Positions 1 through 12,709 of a stretch of DNA of 64,000 nucleotides are shown piece after piece. The translations under genes were made by a program, and so were the position numbers. Origin of the DNA: Lingula anatina (Eukaryota > Animalia > Brachiopoda); assembly GCA_051362555.1 (NCBI GenBank), contig CM120649.1, positions 15,328,567 to 15,392,566 of the forward strand. The letters run 5' to 3'. Each line of letters opens with the position of its first letter. The stretch's first letter is position 1. Under the pieces are notes generated by a model. It ran no database searches. It was not told where the DNA came from and saw only the letters and a program-made list of their open reading frames with translations.

Positions 1-171
1 TTAACAGATTCAGGATTCGATCAGGCAGATTTCCAACAAGGAAATAAGGGCGATGACTTTCCCTCACGAGAGGATTTAGCGTTTGTATATAAGGATTTGT
101 CACCTTTTACGAACATACACCGTGCAACGCCAAGTGATCCCGAAAAGATTCATATGACAGGCACGCATATG
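1..171 (+). CDS. 3' part of coding exon 1 of B-box gene copy A (start lies upstream of the window)
   Basis: Open frame 1 (LTDSGFDQADFQQGNKG...THM) ends at a phase-0 donor ATG|gtgagt (172). It resembles exon 1 of copy B (THPGFGQEEAQQGNR...GHV|gtgagt). Confidence 0.75.
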
Positions 172-584
172 GTGAGTAAGCCAATTAATTGTGACAGGAG
201 TGGGAGAAGGGTCCCCTAACACCTCGGTTGTTTTCTAATTGAAAATGGTGGTTTTAAGTTTGGTACGCGATATACTGTACATTGACACGAAACGTTGATG
301 TAATAGAAATCCATTGCCTTTGGTTGTGTTTGTGTGAAATTAAAAGTTTTTCTGGTCCGAAGTAATCGTGATTTGCTGGGGAACACAGCTGGTCCCGAGG
401 ACAAGACTGAGCGTCCGTGTATCAGGGAGTCCACCCTTCATTTAATGACATGGATTAAGGCTTACCTGTGCAAATGAATGGGGACCCCGAACTGTCTATC
501 ATGGGGACTCTCTGTCGCGTCACACCGGGTGACAAAACCTGTTCAATTTATTTGTGGTAATCATTATGGTTATTATCATAATTG

Positions 585-618
<34 letters not shown>

Positions 619-1000
619 TATTATTATTATTATTATTTATTTATTTATTTTTTATCTGCATGCTTCTCCCCTACTAAAGTTTTATACAGTATACGTGTAG
701 GTGTGCCTTTCTGATCCTGAAAGATTTTCATGTATAATGAATAACTATAATCCATGTCTGTGTCGAAACAGGCCACACCTTAACCGAAATACATGTAAGC
801 CTTTCGTAACGCTGCGTCCAAGTTTACCCTTTAAATGTAAACTCCAAAGCTTACAGCAGCATTTCAATATACAACAAAAAGTATACAGATATAAAAGGGA
901 AAATTAAAAAAAATCAATTGATCCCTCGATTAGACATTGACGGAAAGTTTCCATTGTTGTATACATACAGATGCATTACTCATGAATTCCTCAGTTACAG

Positions 1001-2692
1001 GGTATGTGTGCCGCGGAAAAGTGCTTTTCAACAGCAGAAGAAGTCTGCCTGGACTGCTACGCCAGTTTTATTCCCAAACTTTGCAATAAGTGTTTCAGAC
1101 AGCGGCACCCAATACACGCCAAAAACAGTACGCTATCAATCAACGCGTTCTTTAACATCGCCCAGAAAACTGCAAAGGAAAGAAATGCAGTGGATACGAG
1201 ATCAGAGGCTGCTGAAGTATATGAATACATTTGCTACAAAGCAGTTGTCTTTATTTCCTTCTGTGAAAGAGTTGCCACAGTGATGTGTACTCAATGCTTT
1301 GATGCCGCCGCTCTACTCTTGTGCTACAGATGTGACCAGAGGATGCACACAAGTGACAGTTCTGGTCATATTAGGGTTCCCTTGAGTCATCTGAACCAGG
1401 CAGGGTCACCAGAAGAGCTGGCTGTACACACAGACATTGCATTGCAAAATAAATGTGTTGGCTGTAATTCCCTGGCGGATATGATGTGTCTTGGTTGTGA
1501 ACAGAAGTTTTGCTTCAAACTTTGTAGCAGACATGTTGGCACATTTCATAGAAACATGCGATCATCATTTCACTATAGGATCAAGTTGTCAGACGGGACA
1601 AGAATACAGTCACGTGTAAACTGTCACCCCGAAACACGCATTTGTCAGTGCAGGGAGAGAGGACGCTGTAAAGCTGTGGCTTCATTGGTGTGTTTAGATT
1701 GCTCTTTCCCTCACGGTTTATTAGTTTGTCAGACCTGTGATGATTTTGTGCACGGTGCTAGGTTGTCCAAGTTGCCATGCCACAAAAGAATTCCAGTACA
1801 ACAAGGGACAACAGAAGAGCAAAATGTGTCATTTCATAGTAACCTTCACCAAGGTGACTTTGGTATACTTGTTAACAACGAGGAGGACAACAGCGGTGCA
1901 ACGCTATCAGCACGCAGCGTTGATGCACATACGATGACGGACGCTGTTGACAGCACATACTTTGACACCGACGCGAACTCGGAAACAGAAATGGAAGACG
2001 TCGAGAGTGTGGGTGATCTCGGACCGACTTTCTTATGCCACTTTGAAAAATGTAAACAAAAAGCCGATTTTGTTTGCCTCACATGTGCAGATAGGGAACC
2101 TCACCTTATGGTTTTGTATTGTGCTAAATGTTACGCCATCAAACACGGTCAGCAGAAACACAAATCCCTTCCAATAAATAAAAACACCACTGAGGCAGGA
2201 GTTCAGACAAGTGCAGAAGCTGCAGCCAAAGCTTTAGATAATTTCCCAGAAAACGTCGAAAAAGATGTTGTTTCTGGTGCAGGCGAGCAACCAACATCCC
2301 TGATTCAACAACCTCAACAAACTCCGCGAAAGTCAAACGTCAAACGCCGGGCGAGCGCAGCTTCCGTGGACTCCCTTGATAGCATTCACGAGCGTTACGA
2401 TAAAGTATCTAAAATAGTTTTTACAGGCAAGGTAAATTTAAAGTCAGCATGTGAGGAGACGGGAGTCGCAAAGCAAACTCTTTTGGACAGCGTCGGAATT
2501 GCAGAACTTAAAATAATAGACCCCCTCAAATACCAGGAATCATTAGAGGAATACCGCAAGTCAGACAAACCGACTGTGAAAGGATTCGAAACTCGTTGTC
2601 GTGAAGTAATAAAAACGAATTTTTTGGAGCAAGTGAGTAAGGCTAGAAAAGATGGTAAACTTCTCAACCTAAAAACTAAGGCATATGACTAA
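1001..2692 (+). CDS. Exon 2 of multi-B-box zinc-finger protein with C-terminal CCDC106-like domain (copy A)
   Basis: Acceptor ttacag|GGT at 1000 (phase 0, matches the donor at 172). Five Cys/His modules of B-box type (e.g. CTQC..LCYRCDQRMH..H; CLDC..VCQTCDDFVH..H), an acidic linker, and a C-terminus RYDKV...IAELKIIDP...RC...KLL. Confidence 0.85.
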   Translation, partial: GMCAAEKCFSTAEEVCLDCYASFIPKLCNKCFRQRHPIHAKNSTLSINAFFNIAQKTAKERNAVDTRSEAAEVYEYICYKAVVFISFCERVATVMCTQCFDAAALLLCYRCDQRMHTSDSSGHIRVPLSHLNQAGSPEELAVHTDIALQNKCVGCNSLADMMCLGCEQKFCFKLCSRHVGTFHRNMRSSFHYRIKLSDGTRIQSRVNCHPETRICQCRERGRCKAVASLVCLDCSFPHGLLVCQTCDDFVHGARLSKLPCHKRIPVQQGTTEEQNVSFHSNLHQGDFGILVNNEEDNSGATLSARSVDAHTMTDAVDSTYFDTDANSETEMEDVESVGDLGPTFLCHFEKCKQKADFVCLTCADREPHLMVLYCAKCYAIKHGQQKHKSLPINKNTTEAGVQTSAEAAAKALDNFPENVEKDVVSGAGEQPTSLIQQPQQTPRKSNVKRRASAASVDSLDSIHERYDKVSKIVFTGKVNLKSACEETGVAKQTLLDSVGIAELKIIDPLKYQESLEEYRKSDKPTVKGFETRCREVIKTNFLEQVSKARKDGKLLNLKTKAYD

Positions 2693-3014
2693 TATTCATA
2701 CACATATATTCCATTTGATAATTGCAGGCTAACAGTTGCATCTTTGTTGATAATATTGCCTTCTGTAGTTAATTTTATGTTTTAACGGTTGACTTATTAA
2801 ACATTTCTTTAAAATACAGGCGTTTACAATTAATTGGATCGCTTAACATATGCCTCTTATTTTATGTCTAATCATATATTTACAACTGACATTACGAATG
2901 TATATAGATTACAGCTGTGTATAATATTAGTGTGTGTACTAATATCTTACTTCATTTATTGTCATAACAGAATGATTCACAATTTTTAATGCGAAATATG
3001 TAAAAAAAAAAAAA

Positions 3015-5390
3015 AACAAGGCAGCAAAGCTGTCAAATGTACAGACAAAAAGCAGGAAATAACAATGCACAAAATAGGCTACTATCAAATATGGTGCAAA
3101 AGTACATTATGCTTAACTGCAAATTCAACATCAAATTTTAATTATGCTCAACAGGTAATATCAATATAAGTAAAATGTGTAACAAGCATAAAGCTTCAGG
3201 CACATGGAACTTCAAAGTCACACCTTGAAAATGTCAAAATGTAAACAAGACAGCACTGTTCTGCAATGGATTTATTTCCATTTTAACACCTTTTTTAACA
3301 TACAACAAAATAAACGTTTTACTGCCATTATTATTAGATCAACTAATAAAATTGATGAGATGGGAAAAATATCAATAGAACAGTGTTAAATGTCCAATTT
3401 CCTCCATTCTGAGATTCTGAACATAGTGGATGGTCACTGCATCTCATTAGTCAAATGAAGTAAATTGGGGATTATGGGTAACTCTTTGATGAAAGATTGC
3501 ATTGGAATCTTCCAGAGGGAGGATATGGCTTTATTTGTTAACCTCTTCATAATTTAATACCACTGCCTATTATTTTACTTTTTACTGTATATTAAAGTGT
3601 AGAGAGCTTGTTACTGAAACTCCATTAATAATGTTCTGTAAGCTTAAAGGCAAGGCAACTATTAGTAAGAAATCCGTATTGCACAATTAATACATGGTAA
3701 ACAACTTATTAAAACAAGACAGCACTGTTCTGCAATGGGTTTACTTCCATTTTTAAAACACTTTTTTAACATAAAACAAAATAAACAGTTTACTACCATT
3801 TGTATATGATCAACTAAGAAAATTGATGAGATGGGGAAAATATCAAAAGAACAATGTTAAATGTCCAATTTCCTCCATTCTGAGATTCTGAAGATAGTAG
3901 ATGATTGAATCTGACAAACTGCAATGATATGAGTTTATTTCCATTTTTGACACTTTATAACATAATACACAATAACAAGTTTACCATCTTTTTTACATAA
4001 TCAACTAACAATGTTATAAAGATGCAGGAAATGTCAAACAAACACTTTTACGTATCTTATTAGTTCAATAATGAGACTGTTAACATGCCTAAGAATTGAA
4101 TCTGAGGAAATGTGAAAAAAACAGCATAACTTCTAAAATAATGGCCCGATTATGCTGATTTTCGAACTCATCCTTCGTTTTAGAAAGATTGACTAGTCCT
4201 GTGAGTATAATGACAATTGGCCCATCTGTTAACCTTATATTGTGTTATCAGAATTGCATATATGCTGAAAAAGTGAAACAAGGCAGCAAAGCTGTCAAAT
4301 GTACAGACAAAAAGCAGGAAATAACTATGCACAAAATAGGCTTCTGTCAATTCTTATGCAAAAGTACATTATGTTAAACTGCAAATTCAACATCAAATTT
4401 TAATTATGCTCAAGATGCAGGTAATACCAATGTAAGTAAAATGTGTAACAAGCATAAGGCTTCAGGCCCATGGGAGTTCAAGTTCACACTTTGAAAATGT
4501 ATAACTTCCAGAAAAAGAAGCCAATTAGGCTGCTTTTCCAACTCAGGCTGCATGCCGATTTTCGAACTTGACCTGCGTTTTAGTAAGATCTATTACTCCT
4601 GTGAGTTTCATGACAACAGGCCTATCGGTTTTCCTTGAAATGTGTTTACAGTGTTGCATATATGCTGAAAAGTGAAAACAAGGCAGCAAAGCTGTCAAAT
4701 GTACAGACAAAAAACAGAAAATAAAGATGCAAAATAGGTCATTTTGTCAATTTTGATGCAATAATAAATAATGCTTATAATTACACAGTCAGTTAACACT
4801 GATTTTTAATCGTGCACAACAGGTAACATGGTCAATAACAGGAGCAGATCCAGAGATATTTTCTGACAGTATTCCAAAGTATCTTTGTTGATCCATCCTC
4901 CACTTTTGATGGTCTTCCAACAGAAAAAAATTGATACCAGTCAATGTAAACTTTAAAATCTGACCGTCATCTGAAAGACCCAGAAGATGGCTTCAATCCA
5001 CCCCTGCAATAAGATTACAGTTTCTGGACCATGAGAGTTCAAATTCACATAATGAAAATCCCAATATTTGAAAAATGTTGACAGTGCATAAAATAATATT
5101 ACATATTGTTTAAAGACATTAAAACCTATGGGAGTTGAAAATGCCAGTGTTTAGAAAAAAGAATTAAAAAGAAAACACACACACACAAAAAAAAAAGAAA
5201 ATCCAATAAAGCTGCTATTCAAACTTTAAATCCTGCTGTATTAACATGATATGAATAACCCCGATGTGTTTGAGGATAATAAGGCACTGTTATTCATCTA
5301 TAGCATTAATGTTGGCATTACACAAATTTTTTTCTTTTGTAAACTTATTTGCAACATTAAACAACATTTACCTGCATAATTATCACCAAT
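3015..5390 (-). mobile_element. Helentron-associated non-autonomous element (HINE) cluster with internal repeats
   Basis: Terminus AACAAGGCAGCAAAGCTGTCAAATGTACAGAC at about 3015, 4278 and 4677, the first next to a poly-A run. Inverted homology to 20425-24513. Distal end approximate. Confidence 0.6.
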
Positions 5391-5416
5391 TCCTAATTAT
5401 GTGACACAGTTAAGAG

Positions 5417-5774
5417 ATGGTCTGATGACAAGTTCATATATCAGAATAATAGCTATAACTGCCCCTTTTGTAGTAAAACAAAATATATTATATTTCTGTG
5501 AGTTGTTGACACTGTTTAAACTCAAGTTGGATGATTCATATCATGGTAATACAGCTAGACTGATTGGCAACTTTAGTGGAATATTTTTGTAATTTTTCCT
5601 TTTTTAATTTTTCATTTTTCAAAGTGGTATTTTATAGATGTGACTTACCACTTCCATATACCAGGAGCCCTGTACTGTTACTTTGTAACATTTTCTGTAT
5701 TTTTAAAACTTTTTTAGAATGATTCTTAGGATTGACATACAGCCCAAATTAGAAAAACAGCTCTATTACATTTG

Positions 5775-5845
<71 letters not shown>

Positions 5846-6699
5846 AACAGTTTATTATTTTCTGCTTTTTTATTTTCTGTTTTTTGTCTGTACATTTGAC
5901 AGCTTTGCTGCCTTGTTCATATTTAGTAGCTCCTTGCATTTGTAAGAAAATTCCACCTTTCTTCTCAAGGTGATTTTCCATTGGAGAGTTTTAATCCATC
6001 CTACTTAAAACTGACCCCTAAACCTCCTTTATAGAACTCTATAAGCTGTCTGCATTCAACGTGAAGAATTTGTTAACACCGATGCTATTGAATTGGGCAC
6101 ATTTACCAAGTCCATACAATAGTACAAGGCATTCACCAACTTTTGTTAAGCTCAGTTTTATTCCATTCATTTATATATTCATTACAATAGAGGGCCAAAC
6201 TTGACCGGATTCGACACTTAAGAAGGTCAGATCGTGCTTATTGACTTCAGTATTACCTTGTAGGTATTTTTGTTTTTCTAAAAAGTTTGTTTTGTTATGA
6301 TCTCTTAAGAGATTATTACAGAGTATAGTCATCTATGGAGGTCATAATTATGGTCTGATGACAAGTTCATATATCAGAATAATAGCTATAACTGCCCTTT
6401 TTAGAGTAAAACAAAATATTTATATTTCTGTGAGTTGTTGACACTGTTTAAACTCAAGTTGGATGATTCATATCATGGTAATACAGCTAGACTGATTGGC
6501 AGCTTTAGTGGAATATTTTTGTAATTTTTCCTTTTTTAATTTTTCATTTTTCAAAGTGGTATTTTATAGATGTGACTTACCACTACCATATACCAGGAGC
6601 CCTGTGCTGTTACTTTGTAACATTTTCTGTATTTTTAAAACTTTTTTAGAATGATTCTTAGGATTGACATACAGCCCAAATTAGAAAAACAGCTCTGTT

Positions 6700-6758
<59 letters not shown>

Positions 6759-7179
6759 AACAGTATATTATTTTCTGCTTTTTTATTTTCTGTTTTTTGT
6801 CTGTACATTTGACAGCTTTGCTGCCTTGTTCATATTTAGTAGCTCCTTGCATTTGTAAGAAAATTCCACCTTTCTTCTCAAGGTGATTTTCCATTGGAGA
6901 GTTTTAATCCATCCTACTTAAAACTGACCCCTAAACCTCCTTTATAGAACTCTATAAGTTGTCTGCATTCAACGTGAAGAATTTGTTAACACCGATGCTA
7001 TTGAATTGGGCACATTTACCAAGTCCATACAATAGTACAAAGCATTCACCAACTTTTGCTAAGCTCAGTTTTATTCCATTTATTTATATATTCATTACAA
7101 TAGAGGACCAAACATGACCGGATTCGACACTTAAGAAGGTCAGATCGTGCTTATTGAATTCAGTATTACCTTGTAGGTA
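5417..7179. repeat. Near-identical local direct duplication (5417-6267 and 6350-7179)
   Basis: Both copies start ATGGTCTGATGACAAGTTC and end TTGTAGGTA. They differ mainly in (TA)n length, and each carries a HINE 3' end. Confidence 0.9.
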
Positions 7180-7190
7180 CTCTATTGAAA

Positions 7191-7370
7191 GGGGATTCCC
7201 CCAAGTCCGATCGGACTGATATGAGTCGACGCAGTATATATACAAGGTTAGCTTGTGCCGTACAGGGACTTTCCTAGTTCGACGTGTGACTGCATAGATA
7301 TTACCAGGACTGGAGGGAAATAAAATGGTAAAATATGTTACACATGAGGCTGTATCGGACACTCACTCAT
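7191..7370 (+). promoter_or_regulatory. Orphan copy of the B-box gene upstream module with kB-like sites
   Basis: GGGGATTCCC (7191) + CAAGTCCGATCGGACT, GGGACTTTCC (7265), GGAGGGAAATAAAATGGTAAA. Homologous to 13805-13970 and 14333-14500. Confidence 0.6.
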
Positions 7371-7402
7371 GACTGGAGTCAATTATTTTCATTGTCCACG
7401 TG

Positions 7403-7440
<38 letters not shown>

Positions 7441-7442
7441 TA

Positions 7443-7480
<38 letters not shown>

Positions 7481-7690
7481 TAAAAGGTGCACTTAAGATT
7501 GAAATCGACTTCACAAAGCTACAGGTTTACAATATTTGAGACATAACAGCCGTACGTTTTGAGACAGGAACAGTCACAAATTGTGTGGACGCTTTTCTAC
7601 GTGAATTCCAACCATCAACTGATAATCTGTATGTTTGATAATTGCAAACGAAAGCGTCACATGCCTGTTCAACAGTAGTTAAAGCAAATA

Positions 7691-7820
7691 GGGGATTCCC
7701 CCTTTCATGTATAATGATAAGCACGATTGGGTCATATAGTTAAGATCTGAGAGGTTTTCCTTCTTGACAGGGTAAGGCGGCCCAACGCCCAATCGGGCCA
7801 AACCATAGAAAGCTATAAAA
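7691..7820 (+). promoter_or_regulatory. Candidate Pol II promoter (kB site, CCAAT, TATA)
   Basis: GGGGATTCCC at 7691, CCAAT at about 7789, TATAAAA at 7814-7820, upstream of the small exons at 9699-10202. Confidence 0.35.
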
Positions 7821-8702
7821 GCGCGTGCACGAGGCAGGTAACCTTATAGTATCTGTTTTAAGCGTGTCGCGGTAACATTCACTCAGTCGGGATAGCAATA
7901 ACATGAATGACAGTCAGTGTGTTCAATGGAAAGTCGTATGTATTACTATCTATTCCATGTTTACTATTTTTTATTGACAAAGAAATATAATGTGATTATA
8001 CATGTATTTACTAAGAAAATGTCCTACTTTAAACAACGATCACATTTCTTGAAATATTACCAAGCTGTTGTCGTGTGTAAGTCGATCGTTAATATTAGCT
8101 TTCGTTCCTGCGTGTGATTGGAATGTGCATGCGCGTGCTTGTGCATGTGTGCTCTTGTATCTGTGTATATAAGCATGTTTGTATTTATCTGCTTCTACAT
8201 GTGTTTGTTTACTTAGGTGTGTGTGTGTGTGTGTTTAATTGTGAACGGGTATGTTTGAGTGTGAGAGAGTGTGGTTGTCACAGTAGTACAGATACACCAT
8301 AACTACATGAAAACAATAACTACATGAAAACAATAATCCGCGAATAAGCATGTGTGTATTTATCTGCTTCTACATGTGTTTGTTAACTTAGGTGTGTGTG
8401 TATGTGTGTGTGCACGACTGCGTGTGTGTGTTTGATTGTGAACGGGTATGCTTGAGTGTGTGAGAGGGGGGAGGTGCAAAACGTACAGATACACATTTAA
8501 CTGGAAACAATCTTATGAAGTATTGTGTTAATCGACTATATAATAGAGCATACACCATCAACCGATAATGACACTATTAAAGGGACGCAGTAAAAAAAGT
8601 ATTTCCCAAAAAAACTCATCCAATTTACGCGGTTTAAATGGTAATTTAAGTAAATTTCTCGGATAATCCAATCTCTTATTATTGTGTTTGTTTACATATG
8701 TA

Positions 8703-8750
<48 letters not shown>

Positions 8751-8794
8751 CACATAAAGATTGAAATCTATGTCACAAATCTATGTTTATAGAC

Positions 8795-9333
8795 CAGGCC
8801 TACCCAACTACCAGACTCGGCACCTAAGGATCCTGAATTAACCGGTATATCGGACCACACTACCCGTTTTCAAGGTGTGTGTCAGATCGCATTTCGGAGT
8901 ATCAGCCAGAACACCGACAGGATGAGCCCTGACATGCTCGGCTGTCACCTTGATTGGATAGTAAACGATTGTCGTAAAATCGCTATATGATTTTAAAACC
9001 GGGTGCATAATTTTGAAAGCCACCTAGATGAACCTTAGACTGCCACATTAATCTAATACAATGCAAAAAAGCCCTATCAAAAGTGGTTAAAACATTCAAA
9101 CCGAATGTCGATATCCCCATAGAGACAATAAAATAGAGTACTCTAAAGTAAGAGTACAGTTTAAAGTTGTTCAGCCGAGCGTGGATGAGCCCGCAGTCGT
9201 GCTACAAAATTTGTTCTGGGGTATGATACTCCGAAATGCGATCTGACACACACCTTGAAAACGGGTAGCGTGGTCCGATATACCGGTTAATTTAGGATCC
9301 TTAGGTGCCGAGTCTGGTAGTTGGGTAGGCCTG
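8795..9333. mobile_element. MITE with 110-bp TIRs (CAGG..CCTG) and a 5-bp TSD
   Basis: 8795-8904 and 9224-9333 are inverted repeats with 2 mismatches, flanked by TAGAC at 8790-8794 and 9334-9338. Confidence 0.85.
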
Positions 9334-9698
9334 TAGACGTTGAGGTAGGTAAGAATCGTTTGCCCGCCCCTCCCCCCCCCCCCTCCCCCCCCGTGCCTTA
9401 AAAATCGCACGTCCCACTTGTGAACTCTTCGCAAACTCCGTGCGAGGGGAGTTACCCTTGCAGCCTCAATGTTCTCATCATATCATTACGTACTGATGGG
9501 CTGTCTGCGAACTCGAAATTTCGTAAGAAGGACTTGGCACGTGGGATTCTGCACAAAATTTGGACCCAAACAGGCCGTAAGAGCCCGTTCGGCCGGTATT
9601 GACCGAAGCTTAACATGTTTTTACCATAAATAAATAAATACGAGTGCCTTGTTTCAGACAGAGTTAGATACTTCACTTTGTGAATATTTCTCTTCCAG

Positions 9699-10202
9699 AG
9701 AAGCCCAGACGGTCAGGAATCATCGCATACAGAGATGTGGGTACAGATATGACCAAGACTGGAGGTAGATATGGGGCGGTGGGCACATATTGAATCTGAT
9801 GGATGTGGTGATTTTCTTCTGATTACCTGTTTAAATTTATCATTTATCCAGTGTTTACCTTACAAGATAAAAAATAACGCTAGCTCTCACATCTGCCTCG
9901 CTTTTGTAGTCGGCAGTCCTTCAACACAAAACATACATGTGTATGTGTTGTGTCTTCTGTTTTTTAAAAATAGAAGCTGTTCAAATATATGACATTTTAT
10001 TTTTTCAGTGTAGTATTTACATATCAAGCCTAAGGTAATCAAAAGTAATACTAGCACATTATCTACCCCGTTACTGTCGTAGGATGTCCTTCAACACAAA
10101 ATAAAAGAACATTTTCAGACCGCGGTATTATACTTACAGGACCCACAAGACTGAATGGAAGGCTGATTGCAACCATGGATGTCGGCACCCAGACAGATGA
10201 CT
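9699..10202 (+). other. Two symmetric phase-1 exons (9699-9764, 10140-10202) of a small gene or gene relic
   Basis: cttccag|...GGAG|gtagat and cttacag|...GACT|gtaagt; 66 and 63 nt. Spliced they read KPRRSGIIAYRDVGTDMTKTG-GPTRLNGRLIATMDVGTQTDD. Both exons recur at about 37958-38261. Confidence 0.55.
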
Positions 10203-11252
10203 GTAAGTATTAAATTATTGTCCTTTTATAAAAATGTGCACTGTTTCCCCATCTCGCTCCCTTTCATTTTATTCTAAGTTCCTGTTTCACTGACTGTTAG
10301 TCTGCTACTGTCTGTCTGTTTGTCTGTCCACCTGTCCATCTGTTTGCCTGTCAGTCTGTCTGTTTGTCTGTGGTGTAGGTTCACCGTTAAAAATAAATAC
10401 ACGTTTTACTTTTTAATCAAATGGTTGTTCAAAGCATGCCAGCGCTATTCTCCATTACTCTCTGAGTCACGACAGTTTAAGAAAATCCTGGACAGAGGGG
10501 TCAGACTGACCAACCAGTCCACACCAGAAGTTGTAACAGAGGCGGGACGCCCTGTGGTGACCCTGGTCCCGTGTGGCCCCACTGACCAGTGTGACCAGTG
10601 TGACCATAGACTGGACACTGGTGACAACGGAAAGAAGATGTATAGAGCACCTGCTACTGTAATTTGCCATAGCGAACAAGTAGATTACATAGAAACAGCT
10701 TCTAAACAGTGCTTCGCAATTTTGACACAAGTCTGATGTAATTTATTATGCTTTAGCATTCTGTCCAAGGTGTTCTGGTTTATAGCTGTTATTGTAAAGT
10801 GATTCATGAATCGTCGCATTCTCACGTACACTGAACCAGCAATAAAATGGCGGTTATACTGCGGACCTCTGCTGCTTGATGTTTTGACAGTGCGTGATTC
10901 TTTCGTCAAATTTCTCTAGGAAAATTTGCTAAGGCTGCGCATTTAGATAAATAGTATTTGTAAGGGACGACTCCTAGTAACTAAGAATAGCTTAATAATG
11001 TCTCTGTTATATGGTTTAGAAAGTAAAAGGAATACCAGCATAGATTATGTTACTTTTAGGTAAATTTCTTTTTTTAGTAACTAAAGTTTGATATTCTAGT
11101 TTGTTCTTGTCATTTTCACCCAAAAGCTGTCAATAACCCAAGTGTCATGTCTAGGCATTTTTTGTTTTATTTTATTTTAGATTTATTAATTTATTGGTAG
11201 TTTGCATTAAGATAAAAATTATGGTGGGTGGGTTGGGGTGGTACGTAGCTTA

Positions 11253-12308
11253 GGGGAGACCGGGGCTAGTTGGACCCCGGGGTAAGTTGGCCCCCCCGTC
11301 AATTTATGACAAAGTAACTACGAGGTAAAAAGATTGGCCACATACTCTTGTAAAGTGACCGTAGCCTACAATGCTAAGGAAGTGTCGGACGTTAACAAGT
11401 TTTACTTAAGCGGTGAGTCGAAATAAACGATTTTTGCACCTAAAAGTAATTTTGTTAAAGAGATTTAAAAATCTGTTTCATAGGCTTTTGATCGAATACA
11501 ATATGTGTATAGGGCATCAAACTGAAGCTCATTGTTTCAAGTTTCACAGAGACGTATCATCGTTGCTCATTACAGCACCATAAATGGCTGCCATCCTTTA
11601 TAATAAAAAGTTGCCATCCTTTATAATAAAAAGTGTGCACCCGGGGCTAGTTGGCCCCCTTGACTCGGGGCAAGTTGGACCCTTATATTACCCACAAACC
11701 TTTGCGCGCAACACAGCTAGAGAACATTGTTGAAACAAACTCAATGGTTTAAAACTGAATATGTAGCTTTCTTTTAAAACGAAAATGTATTATTCGTTTT
11801 CATTCATTAAAAACCTGCTTTATACCATTATTAATAAATTCTTTATTAAAATAAAACAAATTTTATTGATAGATATTCTGCTTCTTGCAACTTATACCTC
11901 CCCCCCCACACACAACGTGACGTACGGAAACCTCAATAAATCTGCCTCATTTGAACTATTTATTCATCAGAGACTCTCAAAAGTCAATTTAATAAATTAA
12001 AAATGTATAAAAATGTATTACAAGGCGTTTACATGGGATATTTACTCCATTTTTGTATAGGGGGCCAACTTGCCACGACCCTGGGGCCAACTTGCCCCGT
12101 GGCGGGGCAAGTTGGCCCCCCCTGACGTCAACTGCGTTTTTTGTCAAATTGTGAGCCATCTGGCTTTCTATTTGAAAAATAATGACGTTGCATACGTAGC
12201 TTAGTTCATGGGGCTTACTTTGAAACCGGTTTTGTTACTCTAACTCATTCCAAGTTGGCTCTACAAGGCCAAAAGTGTCTAACTGGGCCAACTAGCCCCG
12301 GTCTCCCC
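11253..12308. mobile_element. Non-autonomous Tc1/mariner(pogo)-like DNA transposon
   Basis: Perfect 21-bp TIR GGGGAGACCGGGGCTAGTTGG with TA on both sides; several internal GGGGCAAGTTGG-type subrepeats; no ORF. Confidence 0.85.
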
Positions 12309-12709
12309 TATTTGTCACGTTTGAAAATCCATTAAAATCCATCTTATTCGAAGACGACCCACAGATCTTCATTATAGAACGCCTAGTGCTACAGAATTAG
12401 GCACATGACAGGTTCGGATCCAGAGCAATTCTCTGACAGTCTTTCAAATTTTCTTTGTTGATCTATTCTCCATTTTTAGCCGTCTTGCGACAGAGAAAAT
12501 AGATACCTGTCAATGTCAACATGAAAACCTGACCGTCTTCCGGAAGACCCAGAAGACGGCCTCAAGCCGCCCCTGACATAGGCCTACATGTACGAAGTCC
12601 ATACAATACAATAGTGCAATACATTGATTCACCAACTTTTGCTAGGCTCAGTGATATTGCATTCATTTTGTTACGCCTTCGCGGCCGAGTGCCTTATGAG
12701 GGTATGTAA

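Noticed and set aside
589-8748. (AAT)n/(TAT)n, (TA)n, (GT)n and (GA)n tracts and ORFs over them
   Set aside because: Ordinary microsatellites; the ORFs are low-complexity artefacts.
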